Below the pieces are notes generated by a model. It made no database searches and was not told where the DNA came from. It saw only the letters and a list, made by a program, of their open reading frames with translations. The position numbers were made by a program, and so were the translations under genes. A DNA stretch of 64,000 bases, taken from assembly GCF_000143415.4 (NCBI RefSeq), contig NW_003314262.1, forward strand, positions 18,183-82,182, in the 5' to 3' direction. Shown one piece after another: positions 49,401 through 61,015 of this stretch; the stretch's first letter is position 1; the number at the start of each line of letters is the position of its first letter. This stretch comes from Selaginella moellendorffii (taxonomy: Eukaryota > Plantae > Lycopodiophyta).

Positions 49401-50997
49401 TTAGTACAAAGCACATTACTAAGAAAGTTGAGTTGTCAGGATTCCAATCAAGCCAAGTTCAAGTTTTCCATAGGAGAAATGAGTGACCACCTCGCGGTTG
49501 TTCGAGCATTCAACGACTGGGAAGTGTGCATGAAGCACAATACGGCATCGGAGTTCTGCCGTGCAAATTTTCTTTCCATGCAAGTGTTGATAGGAATGAC
49601 TTCCATGAGAAAGCAATTCCTATCACTATTGCAGGAAGCCGGTTATCTCGACGGCGGCTTGGCGAGTTGCGAAGCTTATTCATCTGATCCAATGATTGTC
49701 CGAGCTGTGATTTGCGCTGGTTTGTTCCCGGGAGTTGCAGCTGTTGTGGTAAGTATGTTTGCTCTCGAAATGTCCATTTGTGTTGATTTCTTCGTTCGTT
49801 CACAGGCAACTCCTGGATCAGTGACCCACAAGACAATGGACGGGACTGTAGTGCACGTTCATCCAGTAAGTCTCGCTTGTCTTTGCAAAGTTTCAGCTGA
49901 CATTATACACGGATTTATGCAGCACTCAGTGAATGCAAGGCACGAGGAAAGCTGCTTTCCATGGCTGGTGTTCCTTGAGAAGATAAAGACATCTAACGTG
50001 TTCATTCGAGACTCAACGGGTATATCGGACTCGGTGCTACTTTTGTTCGGGGGAGCGTTGGTGTCGATAGGCCAGGTGACGACTTTAAGCTTTGTTTCTC
50101 TTCCTTTGGTGCTAATCCCGTTGCTGCTAACAGCCAGGACATTTGCAAATGTGTGGGAAGTGCTTGGAGTTCTTCATGGGTGAAAGCGAGGCCGAATTAT
50201 TCCAGGAAATGCGAGATCTTTTGGATGAGCTTCTGAAGCTAAAGGTACCACGTCTTTCTCAACTTTAGTCTTTCGGCTATAAAACTTCTTCTCTGCAGCT
50301 AGCAAGGCCCGACCTCGACATCTACAAACACCGAGATGGTCTGCTCATGCGAGCAGTGATGCTCATGATCAGAGGCGACGCTCTTGCCGGCAAGTTCATG
50401 TATGGGAAGAGAACAGACGTAGGTACTTTCGATGGTCTCATCGGCGACAAGGACTCCAAAGTAGCACTCCGAGTAGCTCTCCTTCGGGAGGGCCTGACTA
50501 GAAGGCCGTCCGTGTCCACGAAGCTAAACCGAGCAAAGCAGCACGTCTCCACGATCCAGTTCCGAGGCCTCAAGTTTATCGGTGAGCCGGACAGGCTTAA
50601 GAGGCAAGCTGAGAGGAATGCTTGCGCCGAGGCGGTGGCATGGCTCGCAAATCCAGACAACGCCGAGAAGAAGAAGCTGCTCATGTGGGGGGGAGGAAAG
50701 CTCACCAAAGTCCGGCTTGGAGATTGCATGGGACAGCTGAAGAAGCTCCTGGGAAAACTTCCACCGGAGGACGAAGAACGCTTGCGAAGCTTTGAAGATC
50801 CCAAGAGCAAGAAGCAGCGAAGCAATGCTCTCGTTCCAATCGACGAGAAAAAGAATTCGAAGATCAGGAAGAGCAGGAAAGCGAACGAGGAGATTGTCAC
50901 GCAACGAGCAAAGCGTAGAGCGAATTTCCAAAAACTTGTGGAGAAGAGCGAGACTCCGGTATTTGGAGGGTGCTCTCTCCCGCCAAGACCAGGGTGA
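46418..50997 (+). CDS. DExH-box ATP-dependent RNA helicase (DHX36-like plant DExH family) with C-terminal dsRBD-like domain; many ~50-80 nt introns
   Basis: Motifs [46 protein letters not shown]2/OB region. Possible organellar transit peptide. Confidence 0.93.
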
Positions 50998-51051
50998 ATA
51001 TTCGTTTTCAAACACTGGATATACTTTTATGGATATTTCTTAGGGTTTATC

Positions 51052-52053
51052 ATGTCTGGGGCGAGCGTTCTCGGCGTCCTGGGGCACGGCTGCGCCCACA
51101 TTCTCCCACCGATTGCCGCTCCATCCGCGAGGATCCACAACAGGGCGCTCGGATTCTCCGTCAGGTCGAGCCGCAGCGTCGCGTCGCCGATGGCAAATCT
51201 TGGGGGATGGCTGTCCAAGCTGGGAGTAGGGCGCGCGACTGCCAGGGTTCGCGATCCGGAAGGCGCCAAGATCGCGCAGGGGCCGGACGACGACGCGCCT
51301 GCGCCCGGGCAAGAATTCGCGCAATTTGGCGCCGGATGCTTCTGGGGTGTGGAGCTCGCATTCCAGAGAATCCCGGGCGTGACGAAAACAGAGGTAGGCT
51401 ATTCCCAGGGCACTGTGCACAATCCCTCGTACGAGGACGTTTGCAATGGCGATACCGGGCACTCGGAGGTGGTGAGAGTGCAATACAATCCAAAGGAGAC
51501 GAGCTTCTCCTCGCTGCTGGATGTTTTCTGGGACCGCCACGATCCGACCACTTTGAATCGTCAGGTAAGAGCTCTCTTCCAAATTATTATATTCCTTGCA
51601 GAAGAATTTTGCTAGCTTTGTTCCATCCCTCTAGCCTTTTCCTCCTTGTTCTTGTTCTGCTTCTTTTCTAGCCTTTAAAATATGTCCTTGTTCTTTGCAA
51701 GAGTATACAGTAGTATGCTGCTACGTAGCTGTTCCTATTTCTCTTGTAGAGATCTCTTTTGTAGCTAAAAGCTTAAGGTTGGTTGGTTTGACATCTTCCA
51801 GGGGAACGATGTTGGCACCCAGTACAGGTCGGGAATCTACTTCTACCACCCGGAACAGGAGAAAGCCGCCCGAGAGTCCATGCAAAAGCACGAGGAAAAG
51901 ATCAAGAGGAAGATCGTGACGGAAATCTTGCCAGCTACAAAGTTTTATCGCGCCGAAGAGTACCACCAGCAATACTTGGCCAAGGGTGGCAGATCTGGCT
52001 TCAGGCAGTCAGCTGAAAAGGGCTGCAACGATCCTATCCGCTGCTATGGTTAG
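51052..52053 (+). CDS. MSRA: Peptide methionine sulfoxide reductase A, plastid type; exons 51052-51564 and 51802-52053
   Basis: [19 protein letters not shown]|[33 protein letters not shown]-terminal transit-peptide-like region. Confidence 0.96.
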
Positions 52054-53069
52054 ACAGGTACGCCTGTCGCATTGCCTGTGTACTACTACTCTCGTTTTTC
52101 TTCCCTTTTGCTAGCTCAGGAGCTGTAGATGATGAAAAGCTGGAAGAAAGCGGCGTCGGCTCTTCCTGTAAATAACACACGCTGCTGCCACCCTCGCGCT
52201 GTGCAGTTGCTGGAACTTAAAAAGAAATGGGACTTCCCTTTCTCTCCTGAAAAGAGATTTCTCTCACTCGCTGGCTGGCTTAGGACTTGTGTCAGAGCAG
52301 ATCTAGCGTCGTCGTGTTGTTGTAAAACTAACGTGTGCTGGATGAGAAACAGGCTGCCTCCCGGCTGGATTATAATCACCTGTACTCGAGGAGACAATGC
52401 TGCGGCGCAATATATGATAATCATACGCTCAGGTTCTTCTCCTCATGAAGTTTGTTCTAGTAATGCATAAATCCTTTTTATCTTTTATCTTCTTTTTTTT
52501 TTTTTTGTCCTTTTTTCTTTTTTTTGATCCTGCTGCCAGCAATTTCTAGCCTTCGCGCAGCACAGGTATCCTTTCTACACTTGCAACCAGCTCGAAACTT
52601 TGCATCCAACGGGATCATTTTTTGCAGGGATTTCAAAAGAGTGATTGAAAATCTACTAGCTATCAGACTCGGACGAACTTGCAGTAAAAGTCTTCATCCT
52701 TTTTGAAGCTAATTACAGCATCTAGCTAGAGATCGGAGCGGAAAGAACTCACACTGGAAGGAACTTTACGAGACTGACCATGCGTAGTATGTATATGTAT
52801 ATTGTGTACTTCCTGCACATCTCGTAGCGCTGCTGGTGCAGGTGCTGCTTCTGGAAGTGCAGGAACTCGTACTGGCAGAGTGATCTTTCTCGAGATAATC
52901 CGGAATCGAATGTATTGGACAATGACGAGAAAAGCCAGCTATCTGTGCAAGAGATGAACAAGTAAGTCACTGACTTGACACGAATGGCTGAGCTAAGATA
53001 TGTGGTGTTCTTTTGCAGGAAAAGGAAGAAAGATTGAAAGGAAAGTGATGTGCTCACCTCTTCCTCTTC

Positions 53070-53987
53070 TCAGTTGTGGATCTGCAAGCAGTTGGCACCA
53101 GGCTGAAGTCCCTGAGGAAGGAATTGCTGCTGAGGGTGATGGTGTTGGAGCTGCTGGTGCTGGATGAGAGGCAGGGACTGCTGAAGGACGTGGTGCTGCT
53201 GGTGGAGGTTGTGGACGGCCTGTTGCTGGGCGTGGGCTTGAGCTTGCGCATGAGCGTGAGCGTGAGCGTGAGCCTGGGCTTGGACTTGAGCGTGAACAGC
53301 GTGAGCATGATGCGCGGTGGGCGATGCCGAGGTGGGAGTGGAGCTGCTGCCGGAGCTGTTGTTGGTGATGCTGCTGCTGCTGTTGTTGCTGGTGCTGCTG
53401 GTGCCGGCGTTTGCAGCCCCGGTGTTGTTGCTCGACGGACGCTTGCGCTTCTTCTTCTCGTAAGCGATGCCGCGAGCTTTGGCCTGCATCTCACGAACTT
53501 CTCGCAGGTAGAGGCGGACGGCGCGAGCTCCAAACGGATTGGATTCCGGCTTGCCACCGTGCTCCTCGAATGCTGCTCGGAGCCGGCCGATGAGAGCGTC
53601 CAGGCTTCCCCAGGCTTGACGCAGCGGGCAGGCGCAAGGCGCTGGTGGATGGGCGATGCCGAAGAAGGGACAGGCCGGCGCGTGGATCTTGGTCTTGCCA
53701 AACTGGTCCAGGTAGCGCAGGAACTCGAGGACGTTTGCTCCACTGCAGCGAGGGAGAGTGAGAGGGGGCCTGTGGTTCCTCAGATACTGGCCGAAGGTGT
53801 TCCAGTCCCGCCGCTTCTGAGCTTCATACCTGGATGGTGGTGCTGTTGCCGACCCCTCCCCAGCTCCTGCTGCTGCTGCTGCTCCGCCGCCGGCTCCTCC
53901 ATCTCCAGACGATGGGGAAGCTCTACTGCTGCCACTTCCAGCGATAGGCGACGCGTCTCCTCCGTGAATAGGGATTAGACCGCTCAT
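53070..53987 (-). CDS. ALOG (LSH/G1-like) transcription factor with His/Gln-rich tail
   Basis: [55 protein letters not shown]. Intronless CDS, ATG at 53987. Confidence 0.96.
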   Translation of the reverse strand: MSGLIPIHGGDASPIAGSGSSRASPSSGDGGAGGGAAAAAGAGEGSATAPPSRYEAQKRRDWNTFGQYLRNHRPPLTLPRCSGANVLEFLRYLDQFGKTKIHAPACPFFGIAHPPAPCACPLRQAWGSLDALIGRLRAAFEEHGGKPESNPFGARAVRLYLREVREMQAKARGIAYEKKKRKRPSSNNTGAANAGTSSTSNNSSSSITNNSSGSSSTPTSASPTAHHAHAVHAQVQAQAHAHAHAHAQAQAHAQQQAVHNLHQQHHVLQQSLPLIQHQQLQHHHPQQQFLPQGLQPGANCLQIHN

Positions 53988-56900
53988 TGCCGATCGACAA
54001 GTACCAAAGCTGCAAGACCAATTCTCTCTTTGTCCACGTTTCTTGCTTCGCAAGCTACCGCTAGACTGCAGCCGCACAGACAAGACAGCCACAGACAGAC
54101 GGTGGTGTTGGAGTGGATCCTGGCACACAAAGTTAGTGTGCTCGAGGGGCGACTGCAACCAAACTGTTTCGAATCCGCGATCCTGTATACCGAGATGAGA
54201 TGAAAAGCTGCGCGCAAGCCAACAAACCAATGATGCGTTCGAGGATGGACAACGAGCAAAGGGGAAGCCGGGAGATCAGTTGTTAAGAAGCCAGAGCAGT
54301 GAAACCTGGGAGCACTGTCAGCCAATGAGGAGCTCTTGGAGGAGATCTAAACAGGAGAAGCAAGCAGCAGCAGCAGCAGCCGCCATGGCACAGGACCACA
54401 GTCCTGGAGGAACAGAAAAAAGAAAATTAAAAGCGAGAAGCAGCAGGCAGAGAAGGATGAGGAGGAAAAATGACAGTGGTACTTAATTGAGGACGAGAGC
54501 TTCCGTGAGCTAAGGAGCAGGCCGAGTATATATATACTCACACACAGCACACAGGAGAAAGGGGGAAAAATTTTGAAGGAAAGGAGGCTATTGGAACAGT
54601 GCGAGACACTTGGAGGCTGGCTGGTTGCTCTCAGAACGCACACCTGAACTGACACGAACGAAAAAGAATTGGACGACTCAAGGAAGAGAAGGAGGGGGAA
54701 AAGAGAAACTCGGAGATCTACCACCACTCAGGAGGAAAGAGAAGTGCTGTGTACACACTCCCGTGCAAGTAGCAGATTTCTGGCTCGACTCTCGCCACTG
54801 GAGGACATTCGAGTGAGGAGCTACAGTAGTGAGGAAGGGGATTGATTGATTTGAGCCGCGGGTGGTATTTTCGAGCTCGCGGAAAAATCCAGGAGGGAAG
54901 CGTCTACATGCCGCTTTCTACCGATCAAAGTCGTGACGACGCTATAGTGACCGGACGCGAAGAAAAATTCCCCTGTGCAGGAGATACAGTACCAACTGGA
55001 GGCCAACAGACTGGTAAGTTCTTCTCTCTCTCTCTCTCTCTCTTTTTCTTCCTTTTTTTTTTTTTTTTGCTCCTTTCTCTTTAAATTCTCTTTGCTTTGC
55101 TTACTTGCTCGCTGCTACGAGGTGCTTCCAGTTGCGTTTCGTTTTGTGACTTCGCTATATAGCTACTCACTGTTCATGAATGATTGCCAGATCCAAGCGG
55201 ACATGGACGGGTATATGGGGGGCCGGCATTGGCAAGCAAGCGTATCACTCCAAATATTTGGCACCACTGTTGATCAGCCTCTCGGGCCGGCCTCTATATA
55301 TCTCTATCCGGTGTCGACACAAACAAGGTACTGTGGCTCTCTACAGTAGCTCTCTCGGAATTTGATCTCTCGATCTTGTCACAGCGGTGGCACACGCTTG
55401 CAACCGAAGAAGAGCTCACCACACTCGGAATTTAAGACCAAAGTAAGATCGATCGAAAGGTAAGCGCTTGAATTCTATCTTCGCTTTCAATTGTCTTTTT
55501 TTCGGTGCAGTGTATACGTGTACGTCTGTGAGAAGTCACTAGTAGAATCCGTGAGCTCCTGTTTGGTCAAGTAAAACGCCAAAGCGCTGAGAGATGCTCC
55601 GAGCAAAGAAAAAGAGCGAGAAATGGTGTACGCTTCTCGCACCGCGTTGCATTCTGTGTCTTTAGCCGGAATGAAAAACGTGGACGCCCGCCCCGCACTA
55701 TATAGTCCAAATTCCTTCCAAGATGCTCTCTCGCTTAATCGCCCGGCTTAATCCGCGATTAAGCCACCTTTTTTTTTTCCCCCCTTTAGCTGGGCCACTC
55801 TTGAGATGAGATGGACAAAGAGGAATCAGACAGGGTGGACCCATAGTCGTGCTCAAAAATTGACGTGACCCATGAGCACCACCCTCCCTTCTTCCTCAAT
55901 GTCCAAAAAAATTGTATACATATAAATTAATAGAATTTAAACATTAGGAATTTTAAAAATGCTTCTTCGGCCTCTTCGTCTTCGTCACCTTTTGTATCGT
56001 ATTCTCCCCTTTTTCTTTTCTTCCATTTTTCCTTTTGTAATTGCCACCTTACTCGATAGGATAGCAACAATTCTTCTTCCTTGTCTAAAGATAAATCTTT
56101 TAGTTCCTTGGATGGAGATGGCGGGAAGGGATGGATGGATCCACTAAACAAAATGGTTTTTCCGGGGGGGCAAAGGGGTCCCAGTGTTTTGAGTCTTGTA
56201 TAAACAAACCCCATCGTTTCGTAGCTGCCTAGACTAGCTTGGCTCCATCTAAGTGTATGTTTATATTGCGAAGTTTAAACCTCCCCTTATGATATGTGAA
56301 TCTTTCAAGCATTTTCTTAGAATTTCCTGGGCGATGGTGGTAGGGTCACACAAACACACACGACACACACACCCACACAAAAGCTTGAATGCTCTCTCCT
56401 CTTCGAATTTGGAGAGAAAGATACGGCGATTAAACTTGAAATATATGTGGAGGAGGGGTGACGAAACAATGATGCTTGTTTGCAAGTGAGGAGAGGAAAA
56501 GAGGAGAATGCCGGGCCCCAATTCACCGGACAATGGCAGGCAAGCACACGACTCTGTGCTGCAATTACCGTGTAGCATCAAATCTCCTTTGATTCTCAGA
56601 CTTGGTTGCTAGTATATCTAGCACGAGTCATAAGCACAAAAAGAGTGACCCCATTTGGATCTTTGAAGCTACAAAGCCTCTTGTAAGTTGAATTCATCCT
56701 TAAAGTTTTTTTTTTATTTTTTTATTCCCCCTTGTAAAACAATGGGTCTCCAGGCTTTTTTTAAAGTGTTTTAGTGTTTTTCGCGGGGTTGGCTGCTTTT
56801 GTTGTTTAGCTGTGCTGGCTTTGAAGCACTTCTTTGCTGGTGGACGCTTTTGCTAACACAAATAGAAAGATGGCCTCCAATATGGACTGTAGACGAGTAG

Positions 56901-59345
56901 ATGAGAAGAAAATGATATTTATTTTATAAGAAAGAAAACGATGTTAAAGGTCGTTGTTCTTAGTGTTACGTTGCGTAGTGAGTGTATTGTGCGTACAATC
57001 TTGTGTACACTGTACGTTGAATCAAAGACGAAACTTCTCCGGAAGAGCCTGAGGGAAAAAGCAGCTTGAGAATCGGATCCGTCAGGTAGCCGTGTCCCTG
57101 TCCTTCGCAACGCAGCCAAAATTTTTCACACCTATTGTACATTTCAGTTCAATGGTCTTATGCTTCAAGATGGTTGCTGTAAAACCCAAAAACATGTAAT
57201 ATTAGTATTTTGGTAAATTCATGTCCTTCTTGGTGGTCGTATTCAGATTCTGAGAATTCAATTTTGCTGGGCCCTATAAACACTAAACCTCAAAGTTCGT
57301 CTTGAAAATTCAATAAAACTAAGACAAAAGTGTCTTTCGGTTGGCCATTGTAGAGATTTTGCACAGTGCCCGCAAAGGTCCCTCAGATTTGCTTCGTTTG
57401 GGCTTCATTGCTTGATCGGTACCATATATACTTCTCGTGTAGTCCACCCCCGAGCTTTGGGTCATTGTCTTGGTCAGAGGCTGTCCATAAGCATATATAA
57501 GCGCGGCGGGAGATAATTGACTTTGACCACTCCTTTTTTCGTTCTTCTTCCACTTTATTCTCTTTTTTTTCCTCAAAGCTGATCTGACTAAACAGTGCAT
57601 AACCGACCCTTGACCGCTGTAGAAACAAACGGGTCAAGCAAAAGTCAAACTGGTCAAACAGTAGTCAAGCAACCTCGTATTGTTCAATGTCAGCAGTGCT
57701 TACACTGAATTCCAAGTCTCGTGGGTTGCGATGTGGAAATAATTGTGACTGCCTCGAGTCGTTCGCCTCTCCTTTGGGTGGGAGGAAACAAGCCCAGGTT
57801 TTTTCGAGTGAAGCAAAGCACTGGCTCAGAATTATTCTTAATAATATTTTATTATTTCTAAATGGTCAGATCATACAATGCACCAACACCACAACACTTA
57901 GTGGGGGTGTGGATTCGCTCCCGCAAACACACATATGGAAATACATTACCGAATTCACTCGTCTCAAAAACTTTCCTGTCAGTTTTAAATATCTTAATCT
58001 AAACTTATCAAACGACCACCGAAGGAGGTGAATTTTAAATCGATCACAGCTAATTTCTTAGAGATTCTAGCTCGCAGCAGTATTAATCTTGCTACTTTTT
58101 TACTAACGATTTTAAAAATCATGTACTATTAACAGAAATCTGAATATAAACCAACGTACGATCAGACCTTTAGTTCTCTTTTCCTTGTGTTCTTCAATAT
58201 GATATGGCAAGTAACCAAAAGACGAAATCAAAGTGATTTGATTTCTTTGTGTGTGGGACTGATTGATTGATCTGATCAAATCAACCACGAGTTTTTTATA
58301 TGTATTTTTTTAATTTTCGATATGCAAGGACAAACACATCTCTCTTTCACACATTGAAGCTTTCGAAGGCCCATATGCTTCCCAAGTCAATGTGCGACGA
58401 ATATCTTATATTTGTTTCAAACAAATATTTCTTCTCTTTTTCACCCTGCCGCTGTTGATTCTAGAAGCTCCACCGCAGTAAACCATCCGAGGTAGTTTCC
58501 CCAAGCCGCTCCACAGAGGAAATATTTTTAGAATTATTAAATATTATAAATTGGAAAGCTTCATAGTGGGAATTTGAGACTTACACTTACGGTCTAAGAT
58601 AGTATCAACCTTATAAATTACGTGAATCCAGCTTCTCCTTTTCTATTTTACTGAGGAGGAGGAATTATTGGCACTAGTGGAGGAGAATTTGGCCATCACA
58701 ATAAGCACTTGTTTGTTCTTTAGGTTACGTTGCTTCTCTTGTCTCCCATAATCGTTGCTCCATACACATCACCCACAATTTAAATACCATATTTTGAAAG
58801 CGAGGTCCGCAAATTCAATCACAACACCCATTTTTTAATCCTTGTTAGTGGTTTGGTACGATTGTTCGTTGTGCATTATCAAAGTTGCAAGTGGGGAGGG
58901 TGGCATGGTCAATTTGCCTCCATGAGATTTGCACCTATGTCTTCAACTTCTCTAGCTCCTTTTGCATAGAATACTTGTATACACGCCCATATGAATTTCA
59001 AGAGAAAATGGGATTTTAATATAGTTCTTCACAGGCAAGTGTTGATTGATTCCTATGTCATGTCATGCCACCAAAGGTAGAAGAATCGTTCAAGGAAAAA
59101 AAAATGAGGGTGAGAACATGGCGTATGCCGTATGCATGGAAGAAGAAACGGTGTGTCGCAACTTTGAAATACGTTCTTTGTCGAGTTATCCATGTCGTCT
59201 TGTGCGTAGCACCGCCCAGATAAGCTAATTAATTCCCCCCGATTAGAGCGCTAAGCTCCTGCATTCTAGAAGCAGCTCCCTTTGTACCGAACAAAGGAAA
59301 AACAAGGATAAAAGAAAACAATTAGGGTTTGCGATGTTTGGGGAG

Positions 59346-59948
59346 ATGGATGCGGTTGCGGAGCTCAAATTTTCGATCGGTTCTTGGGATAGAGACGCGT
59401 TGATGGGTATGATCTTGTATTGGTTTTTCTTGGGCGCCGTGTCGATCGGCCTTTTTACAGATGACATGTTTCGCCTGTCTTCATCCAAGCCGCGAGTTCC
59501 AGTTAAGTTGTTCTCTATAGTTTTTTTTTTTAATCCTAAGGACAGTACATTCTATAGAACAAGAGCAGAAAGAGAGGATTGTTGAGCAAATCTGCCGCAA
59601 GATTGGTGCTCCAGAAATCGGTGGCTTGTCGATCCTCGGCCCTGAGACAGGTAAAATGATTCGAGTTTTTCTTCTTCTTAAAAAGAAAAAGCGTCTCTTT
59701 CTTTACAGGGGAAGTTTGCTGTAGCTCGGAGTGGAAATGGAGATGGCCAGAATTTCCCTGCTGCCAAAGCGGCCGAAGTGAAAGCTCGAGCTCAAGCTGT
59801 CACTCTTGTTGGTAAAAAGCAAAAGCTCCAGTAAGTTTCTTACTACATTCTTTAAAACTACTTCACAATTACTGTTGTCTCTAGTGATTCCAAGCCGAGT
59901 GCCTCCAAGCTGAAGATGATGCTGCTTAAGAAGCTCCACGCCAAATAA
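59346..59948 (+). CDS. Small spliced gene, UAP56-interacting export factor (UIEF)-like, 117 aa; exons 59346-59379, 59461-59501, 59558-59650, 59709-59830, 59885-59948
   Basis: Four GT-AG introns join in frame (354 nt): MDAVAELKFSIDDMFRLSSSKPRVPNKSRK..RSSALRQGKFAVARSGNGDGQNFP.. Telo-box at 59321-59330. Family assignment from memory. Confidence 0.7.
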
Positions 59949-60037
59949 TATTGTCCATATCAATATATTTTCAAAGATATTTGAATATTCTCGCATTTTT
60001 TCTAGGGTTCTCCGTTGTTCTTGGTAGCAGCGTAGCA

Positions 60038-61015
60038 ATGGGCAGAGGTGGTGAGAATAGTGGCGGTAGCGCTTCTCACTCGCCGAGCATGGAGGATCTA
60101 GTGAAGCGGCTGAGCGGCGTGAGGGTGGCGGCGCCGCCCCAGCCACTGCCGCTGCCACACTTCTCCAAGCCCGATGTCCTGCGCCGCCACAACGCTGGCG
60201 TGGCCCGGAAGCGGATGTTCGACAACACCGGGCTGTACAAGACGTCGCTCAACTTCCGCGGTGAGTCCAATCCCCACGCCGCCTCCCTGGGCGATCCCGA
60301 GTCCCTGGCACTCTCCAATCCCATCTTGCTCCAGGATCTCCAGCTCGAGCGTGTCCACCGCAACCGCGTCCTCTTCGCCACCCTCATCGGCGAGCCATTC
60401 CGCGCCACCTCCGTGATCACGGTTCTGGAGGATCAAGCCGGCCATGCGAGCATCATCACGCTCTCCTTCCCCAGCGCCGGGGAGTCTCACTACCCAAGCG
60501 GCACAAAGGTGGCGATCAAGGACCCTTACTTCAAGACCGCCATGGACGGCTCCATTTGCATCCGCGTGGACAACCCGGACCTCATCGTACGAGTCAATGA
60601 CGTGTCCATGGCGGTGGCATTCCGGCTGCAGGGGAACAACCTCTTCGCGTCCAAGGCCTACGCCGACGCCGTGGATCGCTACACGGCGTGTATCAACGGC
60701 TGCCTCGACATGCTGACGTCGAATACCCGGGTGGCGACCGTCCTCGAGGTGCTGCTGCTGGCGCTGTCCAACCGCGCTGAGGTGTACCTGAGGGTGGCGG
60801 AGTTTGGCAAGGCTGTGGCTGACGCGGATGCTGCGCTGGTGATCGACGTGGAGCACGTCAAGAGCTTGTATCGCAAGGGCCGCGGGCTGATGGGCCTGGG
60901 GGAGTACAAGGAGGCGTGTGTCTGGCTGCAGAAGGCTGTGGACAAGGATCCCGAGAAGGCCGAGGCCAAGGAGAGCCTCAACGAGGCACGAGAGAAGGCT
61001 TCTTGCTCACTCTAA
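60038..61015 (+). CDS. Intronless GC-rich TPR protein with an uncharacterised N-terminal domain
   Basis: Three TPRs (FRLQGNNLFASKAYADAVDRY, LSNRAEVYL, KSLYRKGRGLMGLGEY). N-terminal LQDLQLERVHRNRVL..VLEDQAG..IKDPYFK..IRVDNP. Confidence 0.85.
   Translation: MGRGGENSGGSASHSPSMEDLVKRLSGVRVAAPPQPLPLPHFSKPDVLRRHNAGVARKRMFDNTGLYKTSLNFRGESNPHAASLGDPESLALSNPILLQDLQLERVHRNRVLFATLIGEPFRATSVITVLEDQAGHASIITLSFPSAGESHYPSGTKVAIKDPYFKTAMDGSICIRVDNPDLIVRVNDVSMAVAFRLQGNNLFASKAYADAVDRYTACINGCLDMLTSNTRVATVLEVLLLALSNRAEVYLRVAEFGKAVADADAALVIDVEHVKSLYRKGRGLMGLGEYKEACVWLQKAVDKDPEKAEAKESLNEAREKASCSL

Noticed and set aside
50994-51043. GT-AG intron fusing the helicase to MsrA
   Set aside because: Splicing enters a frame shifted relative to MsrA, so no fusion protein results.
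53076-53978. 300-aa antisense ORF over ALOG (and 60098-60856 over the TPR gene)
   Set aside because: Shadow ORFs of GC-rich, low-complexity coding sequence.
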